This document shows positions 36,226 through 46,704 of a DNA stretch of 64,000 nt, piece by piece. Position 1 is the first letter of the stretch; every line of letters begins with the position of its first letter. This stretch comes from Candidatus Multivoradales bacterium. GTDB taxonomy: Bacteria; Acidobacteriota; Thermoanaerobaculia; Multivoradales; JAHEKO01. Location: positions 1 through 64,000 of the forward strand of contig CBDCXM010000009.1 in NCBI GenBank assembly GCA_965223855.1. The letters are read 5' to 3'. The notes below the pieces were generated by a model, which saw only the letters and a list, made by a program, of their open reading frames with translations, searched no databases and was not told where the DNA came from. A program made the translations under genes and the position numbers.

Positions 36226-37156
36226 CGGAGGCGACGCTCCACGGTGCGGTGGGAATCGAAGAGCCACGGCCGTCGAACACCTCGAGAACCCGCGGCAGGA
36301 CCCCCTCGGGCATCGCGAAGGAATGCTCGGCGGCGGGGAAGGCCCGCTGCTCGACGTCGACACGGAAGGCCTCGAGTGCCTCCACCGCCTCAGCTCCGAG
36401 CTCGGCGTAGCGCCTGACGAAGCGCGGCGCCAGACGGTCGTAGATACCGAGGACGTCGTGGTAGACGAGCACCTGCCCGTCGGTGTCGACGCCGGCGCCG
36501 ATACCGATCGTCGGCACGCCGATCCGTTCAGTGACCGCCGCCGCCAGCGGCGCCGGGATTCCCTCGAGGACGAGGGCGAAGCAGCCGGCCTCCTCGAGCG
36601 CGCGCGCGTCCTCAAGCAGCCGCAGCGCTACCTCCTCCGTGCGCCCCTGCACCCGGAAACCGCCGAGGGCGTTGGCGCTCTGCGGCGTCAGTCCGAGATG
36701 CCCCATCACCGGGATGCCGGCGGCGACGATCGCCCGCACCTGCGGGGTGACCGCGGCACCGCCCTCCAGTTTGACGGCGTCCATCCCCGCCTCCTGGAGG
36801 AAGCGCCCGGCGTTGCGGACCGCGTCCTCGACCGACACCTGATAGCTCAGGAACGGCAGATCTCCCACCAGGAGCGGCGTCGACGCGCCGCGCCGCACCG
36901 CCTTCGCGTGGTGGACCATCTCGTCCATCGTCACCGCCAGCGTGTCGTCGTGACCGAGCACCACCATGGCGAGCGAGTCGCCGACGAGGAGGACATCGAA
37001 TCCCGCTTGCTCGGCCGCGCGTGCCGACGGGTAGTCGTAGGCGGTGACCATCGAGATCGGGACGCCCTCACGGCGCCTCTCGGCCAGGGTGAGGACCGTG
37101 ACCTTCGACGTCGCGGCGCTGCGGCTTGTGGGGTGGCTGCCGGGGTGGCTGCTCAT
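36218..37156 (-). CDS. panB: 3-methyl-2-oxobutanoate hydroxymethyltransferase
   Basis: TAYD, VGDSL, VKLEGG, GHLGLTPQ; RBS AAGGAG. Confidence 0.96.
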   Translation of the reverse strand: MSSHPGSHPTSRSAATSKVTVLTLAERRREGVPISMVTAYDYPSARAAEQAGFDVLLVGDSLAMVVLGHDDTLAVTMDEMVHHAKAVRRGASTPLLVGDLPFLSYQVSVEDAVRNAGRFLQEAGMDAVKLEGGAAVTPQVRAIVAAGIPVMGHLGLTPQSANALGGFRVQGRTEEVALRLLEDARALEEAGCFALVLEGIPAPLAAAVTERIGVPTIGIGAGVDTDGQVLVYHDVLGIYDRLAPRFVRRYAELGAEAVEALEAFRVDVEQRAFPAAEHSFAMPEGVLPRVLEVFDGRGSSIPTAPWSVASDG

Positions 37157-37266
37157 GTGGTCGCTCCTTGCTGAGTCGAGCGACCGGGACGAGAACGTCG
37201 TCATCGAGAGACGACGACCACGCGACCGTGGCTTGCCGAGTCCGCGCTGACGCGGTCTCCGTGTTC

Positions 37267-37294
37267 CGTCCCGGCCCGTTTCAGGGTCCAGGCG
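37267..37294 (-). ncRNA. Candidate pan RNA motif hairpin in the panB leader
   Basis: CG-CCUGG-A-CCC/UGAAAC/GGG-CCGGG-A-CG: stem with two bulged adenosines about 110 nt upstream of panB. Confidence 0.6.
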
Positions 37295-37428
37295 TTTGCT
37301 GCGAAAGACCTGCTTCGAGTTCCGGTGCTTCCCGTTCCACTCGCCGTCGGCAGCGCCGATCACCGGCGGAACCTCAGAAGTTCCGGTTCCCGATTCTACC
37401 GTATTGCCCTACGCGAGACCGTGGCCCG

Positions 37429-38241
37429 CTATTCCCGGTCGGGCGCCTCGGCAGGCCGGTTGAGCTCCCAGATCCGCCGCAGCCCGTGGAGGGTCAGGAA
37501 CGGATGCACCTGATCGAGGTGACGGCTCTCGCCCACCACCAGGTCGGCGCGACCACCGGTGGCGACGATCGCCTCGAGGCCGGGGAGCTCCTCCAGAAGA
37601 CGCTCCAGGATGCCGTCGACGAGGCCGACGAAGCCGTAGAAGAGGCCCGACTGCATCGCTGTGGCGGTCGTGCTGCCGATAACGTGCGGAGGCCGGCGCA
37701 GATCGACCCGGGAGAGCCGCGAGCCGCGGCTGAAGAGCGCCTCTGCGGCGATCTCCGGCCCGGGGGCGATGATGCCGCCGATGTAGGCGCCCTCGGCATC
37801 GACGATGTCGAAGGTCAGCGCGGTGCCGAAATCGACCACCACCGCCGGCGCGCCGAACAGCTCACGAGCGGCGAGGGCGTTGCAGATACGGTCGGCCCCG
37901 ACCTCGGCAGGGTTGTCGTAGCGGATCGGCAGGCCGGTCTTCACCCCGGGCTCCACCACCACCGGTCGATGGCCGAAGAGCCGGCGCGAGACCCGCTCGA
38001 AGACCGGGGTCAACGGCGGAACGACCGACGAGATCGCCACCCCCTCACAGTCGCTCGCGGCGACGCCGGCATCGGCCAGCAGCGGCATCAGGAGCGCCGC
38101 GTACTCGTCGGCGGTGCGGTCGCGCGCCGTAGACAGGCGGATCTGGCGCACCAGCTCCTCGCCGCGGTAGATGCCGAAGACGGTGTTGGTGTTGCCGGCG
38201 TCGATGACGAGGAGCACCGCTTCCCGATTCGCCTCGCTCAT
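37429..38241 (-). CDS. coaX: Type III pantothenate kinase
   Basis: IDAGNTNT, VGADR, VVDFGTA, GGIIAPG, ATGG. Confidence 0.95.
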   Translation of the reverse strand: MSEANREAVLLVIDAGNTNTVFGIYRGEELVRQIRLSTARDRTADEYAALLMPLLADAGVAASDCEGVAISSVVPPLTPVFERVSRRLFGHRPVVVEPGVKTGLPIRYDNPAEVGADRICNALAARELFGAPAVVVDFGTALTFDIVDAEGAYIGGIIAPGPEIAAEALFSRGSRLSRVDLRRPPHVIGSTTATAMQSGLFYGFVGLVDGILERLLEELPGLEAIVATGGRADLVVGESRHLDQVHPFLTLHGLRRIWELNRPAEAPDRE

Positions 38242-38302
38242 GCCGGGATCCTAACCCGCACCGCCGCTCGAAGGCGGCGGCGCACTGCTACGCTCCTGGG
38301 CG

Positions 38303-38896
38303 ATGGAGACCGGCCCGACACCCCTCGACGGCAGGAAGGTGCTGCTCGGCATCAGCGGTGGAATCGCCGCCTACAAGACTCCCGAGCTGGTGCGCCAGCT
38401 CGTCGCCGCGGGAGCCGCGGTCCGGGTCGTGATGACTCCCGCCGCGCAGCAGTTCGTGGCACCGCTCGCCCTCCAGACGGTGAGTGGCGGGCACGAGGTG
38501 CTGACCGATCTCTTCGCCCGCGACGAAGGGGCGGCGGTGAGGCACGTCGAGTGGGCGCGCTGGGCCGATCGGGCGCTGATCGCTCCGGCGACCGCCAACA
38601 TCCTCGGACGCCTCGCTCACGGACTTGCCGACGATCCGGTGAGCACGCTGTTTCTCGCCGTCGCCGCCCCCACGCTGCTGGCGCCGGCGATGAACGATGC
38701 GATGTGGCAGCACCCCGCGGTCGCCGACTCGGTCGCGCGGCTCGCCGGCTGGGGGTATCGCTTCGTCGGCCCGGACGTCGGCTTCCTCGCCGAGGGGTAC
38801 GAGGCGGTCGGCCGGATGTCGGAGCCGGAGACGATCGCCGCCGCACTGGCGGCACTCGGCGACGACGACCGTCCGGCGCGGGCCGTCGCCACGTGA
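38303..38896 (+). CDS. coaC: Phosphopantothenoylcysteine decarboxylase (stand-alone CoaC domain)
   Basis: SGGIAAYK, APATAN, PAMN; clamp motif reads FLAEGY. Confidence 0.88.
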   Translation: METGPTPLDGRKVLLGISGGIAAYKTPELVRQLVAAGAAVRVVMTPAAQQFVAPLALQTVSGGHEVLTDLFARDEGAAVRHVEWARWADRALIAPATANILGRLAHGLADDPVSTLFLAVAAPTLLAPAMNDAMWQHPAVADSVARLAGWGYRFVGPDVGFLAEGYEAVGRMSEPETIAAALAALGDDDRPARAVAT

Positions 38897-39555
38897 CGCC
38901 TCGGGACCTCGACGGCTGGCCGGTGCTGGTGAATGCCGGCCCGACCCGCGAGCACCTCGACCCGGTTCGCTTCCTCTCCAATCCGTCGAGCGGCAGGATG
39001 GGCTACGCCGTGGCCGAAGCGGCCGCCGCCCGCGGGGCGCAGGTCGAACTGGTCAGCGGCCCCAGCGTGCTCGCCGATCCGGCCGGAGTCGTCGTCACCC
39101 GGGTCACCACCGCCGACGAGATGCTGGCCGCCTGCGGCGAGCGGTTCGAGGGTTGCCGGGCGTTCGTCGCCGTCGCCGCGGTGAGTGACTTCCGACCGCG
39201 CCGCCCCGCGCTCGAGAAGCGCCCCAAGGAAGAGGTCTCCCTGACGCTCGAACTCGAACGCACGCCCGACGTCCTCGCCACACTGGCGGCCGACAAGGGT
39301 GATCGCCTGGTCGTCGGGTTCGCCGCCCAGACCGGCGACCCGATCGCCGCGGCACGCCGCAAGCTCGAAGCGAAGGGGCTCGACCTGATCGTCGCCAACG
39401 ACGTCAGCGAGGAGGGGGCCGGCTTCGAGGTCGAGACCAACCGGGTGATCGTGCTCGGCGCCGACGGATTCGAGCGCCGGCTCGGCCCGGCGCGCAAGCT
39501 CGAGATCGCGCACGGGATCTGGGATGCGATCGTAGCCGCGAGGAACCGGGATTGA
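38893..39555 (+). CDS. coaB: Phosphopantothenate--cysteine ligase (stand-alone CoaB domain)
   Basis: AGPTREHLDPVRFLSNPSSGRMG, AAVSDF, VGFAA; GTGA overlap. Confidence 0.88.
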   Translation: MTPRDLDGWPVLVNAGPTREHLDPVRFLSNPSSGRMGYAVAEAAAARGAQVELVSGPSVLADPAGVVVTRVTTADEMLAACGERFEGCRAFVAVAAVSDFRPRRPALEKRPKEEVSLTLELERTPDVLATLAADKGDRLVVGFAAQTGDPIAAARRKLEAKGLDLIVANDVSEEGAGFEVETNRVIVLGADGFERRLGPARKLEIAHGIWDAIVAARNRD

Positions 39556-40142
39556 AGGGCACAGAGTCGAACCCGCTCTTCTTCGAGTCTCCCGCGCTCT
39601 TCCGGGCGTGGCTCGCCGAGCACCACGCGGGGGAGACCGAGCTGTGGGTCGGCTTCTACAAGAAGGGAACCGGGCGGCCGAGCCTCACGTGGCCCGAATC
39701 GGTCGACGAGGCGCTGTGCTTCGGCTGGATCGACGGCATCCGCAAGCGGCTCGACGACGAGGCGTACGTCATCCGCTTCACCCCCCGCAAGCCGAACAGC
39801 AAGTGGAGCGCCGTCAATCTCGCCAACATGAAGCGGCTCCTCGAAGAGGACCGGGTCGAGAAGGCGGGCCTCGAGGCGTGGGAGAGCCGCAACCGCAAGG
39901 AATCCGGCTATTCGTACGAGCAGCATCGCGCCGCCCGTCTGAGCACCGACTTCCAGCGGCGCTTCGAGGCGGAGACCGCCGCCTGGGACTACTTCCAGCG
40001 GCAGGCGCCGTGGTACCGGCGCGCGGCGATCCACTGGGTGACGAGCGCCAAGAAGGAGGAGACCCGCGAGCGACGGCTCGGCCTCCTGATCGAGCATTCC
40101 GGAGCCGGCGAGGCGATTCCGCCGCTGCGGCGTCCCAGCTGA
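39552..40142 (+). CDS. YdeI/OmpD-associated family protein
   Basis: FRAWL, EALCFGWIDG, FTPRK, AKKEETRERRL. Confidence 0.88.
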   Translation: MKGTESNPLFFESPALFRAWLAEHHAGETELWVGFYKKGTGRPSLTWPESVDEALCFGWIDGIRKRLDDEAYVIRFTPRKPNSKWSAVNLANMKRLLEEDRVEKAGLEAWESRNRKESGYSYEQHRAARLSTDFQRRFEAETAAWDYFQRQAPWYRRAAIHWVTSAKKEETRERRLGLLIEHSGAGEAIPPLRRPS

Positions 40143-40164
40143 AGCCGGCGAACACCGGGCTCGG

Positions 40165-40201
40165 ACGGCCCGGGTCGTACGGCCCGGGTCGTACGGCCCG
40201 G
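40165..40201. repeat. Short tandem repeat (14-bp unit ACGGCCCGGGTCGT, about 2.6 copies)
   Basis: Directly visible between convergent genes. Confidence 0.6.
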
Positions 40202-40220
40202 CTCGAACAGCCCGGGCCGG

Positions 40221-41771
40221 CTACTCCGTCCGCAGCTCGGTCTTGAGAATCTTGCCGGTCGCCGTCATCGGCAGTGAGTCGCGGAACTCGACGAGGCGCG
40301 GGTACTTGTAGGCGGCGAGCCGCTCGCGCGTCCAGGCGACGAGCTCGTCCTCGGAAAGCTCTGCGCCTTCCGCGCGCACGACGAGCGCCTTGATCTCCTC
40401 GCCGTGCTCTTCGTCCGGCACTCCGATCACCGCGGCGAGCGACACCGCAGGGTGCTCCAGCAGCAGCTCTTCGATCTCGCGCGGATAGACGTTGAAGCCG
40501 CCGCGCAGGATCATGTCCTTGGTGCGATCGACGATGTAGAAATAGCCGTCGTCGTCCATCGTGCCGACGTCGCCGGTGTGGAACCAGCCGCCCCGCAGCG
40601 CCTCGGCGTTGGCCTCCGGGCGGCGATAGTAGCCCTTCATGACGTTGTGGCCGCGGATCACGATCTCGCCCCGGTCGCCCGGCGGCAGCGGTTGGTCGTC
40701 GCCGTCGACGATCCGCATCTCGACCCCCCAGATCGGGGTGCCGACCGAACCCGGCTTGCGCTCGCGGTCGAGGTGATTGAAGGAGGCGACCGGGGAGGTC
40801 TCGGAAAGGCCGTATCCCTCGAGGATCGGCACGTCGAAGCGCCGCTCGAACTCCTCGAGTACCGCCACCGGCAGCGCCGCGCCGCCGCTCACGGCGAGGC
40901 GGAGGTTGCGGGCGATCGCTTCGAGGTCGATGCCGTCGGTCTCCTGATGGTGGAGCAGCGCCCAGTACATCGTCGGTACGCCGGCGAAGAAGGTGATGCC
41001 GCGGCCGGCCAGCAGCTCGAGGCACGGCCCCGGCTCGAAGCGCGGCATCAGCACCGTCGTCACGCCGGTGTAGACCCCGGTCGCCATCAATACGACCTGG
41101 CCGAACGAGTGGAAAAGCGGCAGCACCAGGAGCGCCACGTCGTCGGGGGTGTAGGCCATCAGCTCGCGGTTGACGACGCAGTTCATGAACACGTTGGCGT
41201 GCGACAGCTCCGCCCCCTTGGGCTGACCGGTCGTCCCCGAGGTGTAGAGGATGACCGCGGTGTCGTCGGGACCGGTCTGCACGGTGTCGAAGGCGGCATC
41301 GCCGCTCGCCAGCAGAGCGCCGAGCGTCGTCGCCCCTTCGATCGGTGAGGCCGCCGCCGGGTCGGCGGTGATCGCGATCAGCTGCTCGCAACCGTCGGCC
41401 GCGGCAAAGCCGGCCGCTCCCTCCTCGCCCATCGGCAGCTCCGGCGTCCCCTCGAAGCAGAAGTATGCCTTCGCCTCCGAGTCGCCGAGGTGGTAGGCGA
41501 TCTCGCGCCGCTTGAAGAGCACGTTGAGCGGCACCACCACCGCACCCGCCTTGAGGATGCCGAAGTAGACCAGCGGGAAGTACGGGACGTTCGGGCAGGT
41601 GAGGGCGACCTTGTCGCCCGGCTCGACTCCCATCGCCGCCAGCCGGTCGGCGATCTTGCGGGCACCGCCGTCGAGCTGCGCATAGGAGATCTCGTTGTCG
41701 CCGAGAACGAAGGCGGGCTTGTCGGGGAAGCGCAGGGCGCTCTGCTCGAGCAGAGTGGCGAGATTCAGCAT
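40221..41771 (-). CDS. Long-chain fatty acid--CoA ligase
   Basis: YTSGTTGQPKG, EGYGLSET, FHTGD, TGKILK. Confidence 0.92.
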   Translation of the reverse strand: MLNLATLLEQSALRFPDKPAFVLGDNEISYAQLDGGARKIADRLAAMGVEPGDKVALTCPNVPYFPLVYFGILKAGAVVVPLNVLFKRREIAYHLGDSEAKAYFCFEGTPELPMGEEGAAGFAAADGCEQLIAITADPAAASPIEGATTLGALLASGDAAFDTVQTGPDDTAVILYTSGTTGQPKGAELSHANVFMNCVVNRELMAYTPDDVALLVLPLFHSFGQVVLMATGVYTGVTTVLMPRFEPGPCLELLAGRGITFFAGVPTMYWALLHHQETDGIDLEAIARNLRLAVSGGAALPVAVLEEFERRFDVPILEGYGLSETSPVASFNHLDRERKPGSVGTPIWGVEMRIVDGDDQPLPPGDRGEIVIRGHNVMKGYYRRPEANAEALRGGWFHTGDVGTMDDDGYFYIVDRTKDMILRGGFNVYPREIEELLLEHPAVSLAAVIGVPDEEHGEEIKALVVRAEGAELSEDELVAWTRERLAAYKYPRLVEFRDSLPMTATGKILKTELRTE

Positions 41772-41884
41772 CTTCGGGAACTCCTTGAGGTGGCGGGGAG
41801 TCTACCCTTCCGACCCACTCATGCTTGACGAACCGCCGGTCGACTCTTTCGACGATAGACCGCCGGAAACAGGGAGGAGACCCC

Positions 41885-42277
41885 ATGCGCTCATCGAAGA
41901 CTCGCTCGTTGCTCGCCGTTCTGGCGCTGCTCGTCGTCGCGTTTCCAGCGCTCGCCGGAGACGACACCATTTACGCCGTGGAGGGTGACGTCACCAAGCC
42001 GATCCGCACCGGCGGCCCGCTGCCCCACTACCCCGAGTTCGGCCACGACGAGAAAATCCAGGGCAAGGTCGTCGTCCGCGTCGTCATCGAGAAGGACGGC
42101 ACGATCGGCGACACCGAGGTCGTCGAGTCTCTGCGCGACGACTTCGACGCGTACACCTCCGAGACCGTGAGCGAGTGGACCTTCGAGCCGGCCACCCTCA
42201 ACGGAGCGCCGGTAAGGGTGCGCTACAACCTGACGGTCAACTACCGGCTCGACTCCGGCAACGAACCCGACGCTTAG
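41885..42277 (+). CDS. Short exported TonB C-terminal domain protein
   Basis: Signal peptide, PHYP, IQGKVVVRVVIEKDG, WTFEPA. Confidence 0.8.
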   Translation: MRSSKTRSLLAVLALLVVAFPALAGDDTIYAVEGDVTKPIRTGGPLPHYPEFGHDEKIQGKVVVRVVIEKDGTIGDTEVVESLRDDFDAYTSETVSEWTFEPATLNGAPVRVRYNLTVNYRLDSGNEPDA

Positions 42278-42310
42278 AAAAGGGCGCGGTTCCCGAGGGC
42301 GGGGCGATCT

Positions 42311-42750
42311 TCAGAACAGCGTCGCTCCGGGCACTTCCGCCGCTCGCCGGATCCAGCCCGCGAGCCGCTCGTCCGGCTCGTCGTGCTCATAGATGTGGAA
42401 GTAGCGAACCTCCGGGTACTTCGATCTCTCAGGAGGCAGCGGGTCAAGTGAGCTGCCGTTGTGAAAGGTGAGCTTCAGTACCTTGTGAAGCAGTGGAAGG
42501 AGAGGAACCACCCCTGGCCTTCGATGCCGTAGAAAGGCGAGTTCCAGCGCACCGCCTTGCGCACTCCGGGCACCGTGGCAACGACGAGGTCGTCGATCGC
42601 ACGGCCCACACCGGCCTTCCAGCCCGGCATCGCAGTGAGGTACGCCTGCACCGGGCCGGGACCGTTCCCCTTCGGGATTTGCGGGTTGCCGCCTGAGAGG
42701 AGGACGGGCTGCGACGGATCTCGATCGTCCACGACCGCGATTGTAGACAC
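42311..42750 (-). pseudogene. DUF1801-like protein with a one-base frameshift near 42477
   Basis: LLSGGNPQIPKG...WFLSFHCFTRY stops; LKLTFHNGSSLDPLPP continues in another frame. Confidence 0.75.
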
Positions 42751-42847
42751 CGGGACCCTCAGAGCCGAGGTCAGCGCGACCGTGAAGCCGTGCCCAACCC
42801 CGATCGCCTGCGAGGCCAGCTCACCCTCGGCACGACCGCCCCGCAGC

Positions 42848-42865
42848 TTGTGAAACTTTTCACAA
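42848..42865. promoter_or_regulatory. Rex-type operator upstream of actA
   Basis: TTGTGAAACTTTTCACAA matches TTGTGAA-N4-TTCACAA; the palindrome extends over 42844-42869. Confidence 0.75.
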
Positions 42866-42967
42866 GCTGTTAGAACACTCGCTCATACGCTCTTTCGCGG
42901 AGCCGTCGCCGCGCCGGGGCAGCTTCGAGCTCGTTCCGTATACTCGGCCACTCAGGACGCATCCCGA

Positions 42968-43612
42968 ATGCCGCAGATCTTCCACCGGTCGACCAACACG
43001 GTCGCGAAAGTCAGTCTCTTTGGCGCGGTGTTCTTCATCGCCGTCGCCGGGTGGGCACTGATGACGCTCGACCGGTCGGCCTATGTCACCGGCGAGGGAG
43101 TGACCCTCAACCAGCCGGTGCCGTTCTCGCACGATCACCACACGGCGGCGCTCGGGATCGACTGCCGCTACTGTCACACCAATGTCGAGGTCGGCGCCTC
43201 CGCCGGCATCCCGCCGACCGCCACCTGCATGAACTGCCACAAGCTGATCTGGAACGACTCCGAGATGCTGGCGCCGGTGCGGGCGAGCTTCGCCAGCGGC
43301 GAGCCGCTCGAGTGGAACCGCGTGCACGACCTGCCCGACTACGTCTACTTCGACCATTCGATCCACATCGCCAAGGGGGTCTCCTGCGTGAGCTGCCACG
43401 GCCGGGTGGACGAGATGCCGCTGATCTACCAGGCGTCGTCGCTCCACATGGAGTGGTGCCTCGACTGTCATATGGACCCCGAGCCGCATCTGCGGCCGCG
43501 GGAAGAGGTCTTCAACATGGCGTGGACGTCGGACGACCCCGAGCTCGGCGCACGTCTCGCCGCCGAGCACCACGTCGAACCGGGAATCGACTGCTCCACC
43601 TGTCACCGATGA
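42968..43612 (+). CDS. actA: Alternative complex III pentaheme cytochrome c subunit
   Basis: Five CxxCH, QPVPFSHDHH. Confidence 0.93.
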   Translation: MPQIFHRSTNTVAKVSLFGAVFFIAVAGWALMTLDRSAYVTGEGVTLNQPVPFSHDHHTAALGIDCRYCHTNVEVGASAGIPPTATCMNCHKLIWNDSEMLAPVRASFASGEPLEWNRVHDLPDYVYFDHSIHIAKGVSCVSCHGRVDEMPLIYQASSLHMEWCLDCHMDPEPHLRPREEVFNMAWTSDDPELGARLAAEHHVEPGIDCSTCHR

Positions 43613-46600
43613 GCGTTCACGACCACCAGGACAGCTCCGAGACGCCGCCGGTGACTTCCGGCGCGCGCAAGGATCTCGATCTCGCCGAGGTGAGAGAGCG
43701 GCTTGCCGGCTCGAACGGCAAGCTCTACTGGCGAAGCCTCGAAGAGGTCGCCGAGACCCCCGAGTTCACCGAGATGATCCACCGCGAGTTCCCGCAGCTC
43801 GCGAGCGAGTGGGGCGAGGACGAAGGGGGCGTCAACCGCCGCCGTTTCCTTCAGCTGATGAGCGCCTCGGTCGCTTTCGGAGGGCTCACCGCCTGCACCC
43901 GCCAGCCGGACGAGAAGATCGTCCCCTGGGTGTCGCAGCCGGAGCAGCTGGTTCCGGGTCGGCCTCTCTACTTCGCGACGGCGATGGACTTCGACGGCTG
44001 GGCGGTGCCGCTGCTGGCGGAGAGCCACGACGGCCGGCCGACCAAGATCGAGGGCAACCCGGAGCATGCCGCCAGCCGCGGCGCGACCGACCTTTTCGCC
44101 CAGGCTTCGGTGCTCGATCTCTACGATCCCGACCGGCTGCAGACCGTCAGCGAGCTCGGCCGGATCCGCACCTGGAGCGCCTTCGCCGGGCGGATCGCCG
44201 AGAAGACCGCCGCGCTCGAGGGAACGCGCGGGCTCGGCCTCCGAATCCTCAGCGGACCGGTCACCTCCCCTACCGTTCGCCGGCTGATCGCCGACGTTCT
44301 CGACACCCACGGCTCGCGCGCCCGCTGGCACCAGTACTCCCCGCTGCGCTCAACCGCCGCCGTCGAGGCCGGACGCGCCGCCTGGGGCGGCGACTTCGTG
44401 CTTCGCCACAACTTCTCGAAGGCGGAGCGGGTGGTGTCGCTCGATGCCGACTTCCTCGGCTCCGGGCCGGCCGCCGTGGCCGACGCCCGCGCCTTCACGA
44501 GCCGGCGCAGGGCGCGCGCAGGCAGCACCGACCTCAACCGTCTCTACGTCTTCGAGTCGACTCCGACCCCGACCGGCAGCCTCGCCGATCACCGCGTGGC
44601 CATGTCGAGCGCCGAGCTCGCGCACTTCGCCGCCGAGCTCGCCGACGCGGTCGGCGGCGCGAGTGTCGCCGACGAGCGGGCGACGGCGGTGGCCGCGGAT
44701 CTCCGGGCTCACCGGGGCCGCTCGGTGGTGGTCGCCGGCGAGCACACGCCGGAAGCGGTGCAGCACCTCGCCCATGCGATGAACGCCGCGCTCGGCAACG
44801 TCGGCGAAACGGTGCTGCTGCGCGCCGCCGAAGAGGGCGAGCTGGTGGCCGGCGCCGACTCGCTCGCCGAACTGGTCGCCGACATCGACGCCGGCGACGT
44901 CGACCTGCTGCTGATCCTCGGCGGCAACCCCACCTACTCCGCGCCCGCCGACCTCGACCTGCCGGCGGCGCTCCAGAAGGTGCCGCAGTGCGTCTACCTC
45001 GGCTCGCACGACGACGAGACGGCGCAGTACTGCCACTGGAACCTGCCGGCCGCCCACTACCTCGAGAGCTGGGGCGACGGCCTCGCCGTCGATGGCACAC
45101 CGACCCTCACCCAGCCGCTCATCGAGCCGCTCTACGGGGGCCGCTCGGCGGCCGAGGTGCTGTCGATCTTCACCGCCGACGGCGAGCGCCCGGGCGACGA
45201 GCTGGTGCAGGACACCTGGCGCAGCCGCGTCTCCGGTGACTTCGACACCGCCTGGCGCAAGGCGCTCCACGACGGCTTCCTCAAGGTGGACGGCGCCGCT
45301 CCGGACGCCGTGCAGGCCGCGACGGGCGCCGCGGGCGCCGCCGCAGCGGCACGGTCGCTCGACACCGCGGCGCTCGAGATCGCCTTCCGGCCCGATCCGA
45401 CGGTGCTCGACGGCCGCTACGCCAACAACGGCTGGCTCCAGGAGTGCCCCAAGCCGTTCACCAAGCTGACCTGGGACAACGCCCTGCTCGTGGCGCCGTC
45501 GCGGGCCGAGGCGCTCGGCGTCGGGAGCGAGGACCTGGTGACGGTGACGGTCGAGGGTCGCACCCTCGAAGTGCCGGTCTGGGTTCACCCCGGACAGGCG
45601 GACCACACCGTGACCCTCCATCTCGGCTACGGGCGCTCGCGCACCGGCCGGGTCGGCACAGGCACCGGCTTCGACGCCGGGCGCCTGCGCACCGCCTCCG
45701 CCCTCTTCTCGGCACCGTGCGAGGTCGTGAAGAGCGGCGGCCAGTACGAGCTCGCCTCGACGCAACTCCACGACAACATCGCCCACGACCGCTTCCAGGG
45801 CGACAACCTCGAGGGGCGCACCGCCGAGAAGCGGCACCTGATCCGCGAAGCGACGGTCGACGAGTTCGAGGCGCATCCCGACTTCCCGCATCACCACGGT
45901 CACGGCATCGACGAGAGTCTGTCGATGATGCCGGGCTACGACTATTCCGATGGCCACGCGTGGGGGATGTCGGTCGACCTCGGCGCCTGCACGAGTTGCA
46001 ACGCCTGCGTCGTCGCCTGCCAGTCGGAGAACAACATCCCGGTCGTCGGCAAGGAAGAGGTGGCCAAAGGGCGGGAGATGCACTGGATCCGCATCGACCG
46101 CTACTACCAGGGCGAGCTGGAGGATCCGGCGCTTCATCACCAGCCGGTGATGTGCATGCACTGCGAGCAGGCGCCGTGCGAGGTCGTCTGCCCGGTGGCG
46201 GCGACGGTGCACAGCGACGAGGGGCTCAACGACATGGTGTACAACCGCTGTGTCGGCACCCGCTACTGCGCCAACAACTGCCCGTACAAGGTGCGGCGGT
46301 TCAACTTCTTCAAGTACAGCGACACCGAGACCGAGTCGCTCAAGCTGCAGCGCAACCCCGACGTCACGGTGCGCACGCGCGGCGTGATGGAGAAGTGCTC
46401 GTACTGCGTGCAGCGCATCTCGAAGGCGGGGATCGAAGCGCGCAAGGAAGACCGTCGCGTGCGCGACGGCGAGGTCGTCACCGCCTGCCAGCAGGCATGC
46501 CCGACCGAGGCGATCGTCTTCGGCGACCTCAACGATCCGGAGTCGCGGGTCGCCCGCCGCAAGGCGCAGCCGCACGACTACGGCATCCTGACCGAGCTGG

Positions 46601-46704
46601 GAACGCGGCCGCGCACCACCTACCTGGCCAAGGTGACGAACCCGAACCCGCAGTGGCCGGGTGCGGACTCCGCCCACGGCGCCTCGGAGAACGGCCATGG
46701 CTGA
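43609..46704 (+). CDS. actB: Alternative complex III molybdopterin-oxidoreductase-like/Fe-S subunit
   Basis: YWRSLEE, Tat NRRRFL plus [14 protein letters not shown], ferredoxin Cys motifs. Confidence 0.93.
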   Translation: MSVHDHQDSSETPPVTSGARKDLDLAEVRERLAGSNGKLYWRSLEEVAETPEFTEMIHREFPQLASEWGEDEGGVNRRRFLQLMSASVAFGGLTACTRQPDEKIVPWVSQPEQLVPGRPLYFATAMDFDGWAVPLLAESHDGRPTKIEGNPEHAASRGATDLFAQASVLDLYDPDRLQTVSELGRIRTWSAFAGRIAEKTAALEGTRGLGLRILSGPVTSPTVRRLIADVLDTHGSRARWHQYSPLRSTAAVEAGRAAWGGDFVLRHNFSKAERVVSLDADFLGSGPAAVADARAFTSRRRARAGSTDLNRLYVFESTPTPTGSLADHRVAMSSAELAHFAAELADAVGGASVADERATAVAADLRAHRGRSVVVAGEHTPEAVQHLAHAMNAALGNVGETVLLRAAEEGELVAGADSLAELVADIDAGDVDLLLILGGNPTYSAPADLDLPAALQKVPQCVYLGSHDDETAQYCHWNLPAAHYLESWGDGLAVDGTPTLTQPLIEPLYGGRSAAEVLSIFTADGERPGDELVQDTWRSRVSGDFDTAWRKALHDGFLKVDGAAPDAVQAATGAAGAAAAARSLDTAALEIAFRPDPTVLDGRYANNGWLQECPKPFTKLTWDNALLVAPSRAEALGVGSEDLVTVTVEGRTLEVPVWVHPGQADHTVTLHLGYGRSRTGRVGTGTGFDAGRLRTASALFSAPCEVVKSGGQYELASTQLHDNIAHDRFQGDNLEGRTAEKRHLIREATVDEFEAHPDFPHHHGHGIDESLSMMPGYDYSDGHAWGMSVDLGACTSCNACVVACQSENNIPVVGKEEVAKGREMHWIRIDRYYQGELEDPALHHQPVMCMHCEQAPCEVVCPVAATVHSDEGLNDMVYNRCVGTRYCANNCPYKVRRFNFFKYSDTETESLKLQRNPDVTVRTRGVMEKCSYCVQRISKAGIEARKEDRRVRDGEVVTACQQACPTEAIVFGDLNDPESRVARRKAQPHDYGILTELGTRPRTTYLAKVTNPNPQWPGADSAHGASENGHG

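Noticed and set aside
40165-40201. Tandem repeat considered as a CRISPR remnant
   Set aside because: 14-bp unit with no spacers and no cas genes
43609-46704. ActB as an active molybdoenzyme
   Set aside because: Context and motifs match ACIII ActB, which has the fold but no molybdenum cofactor
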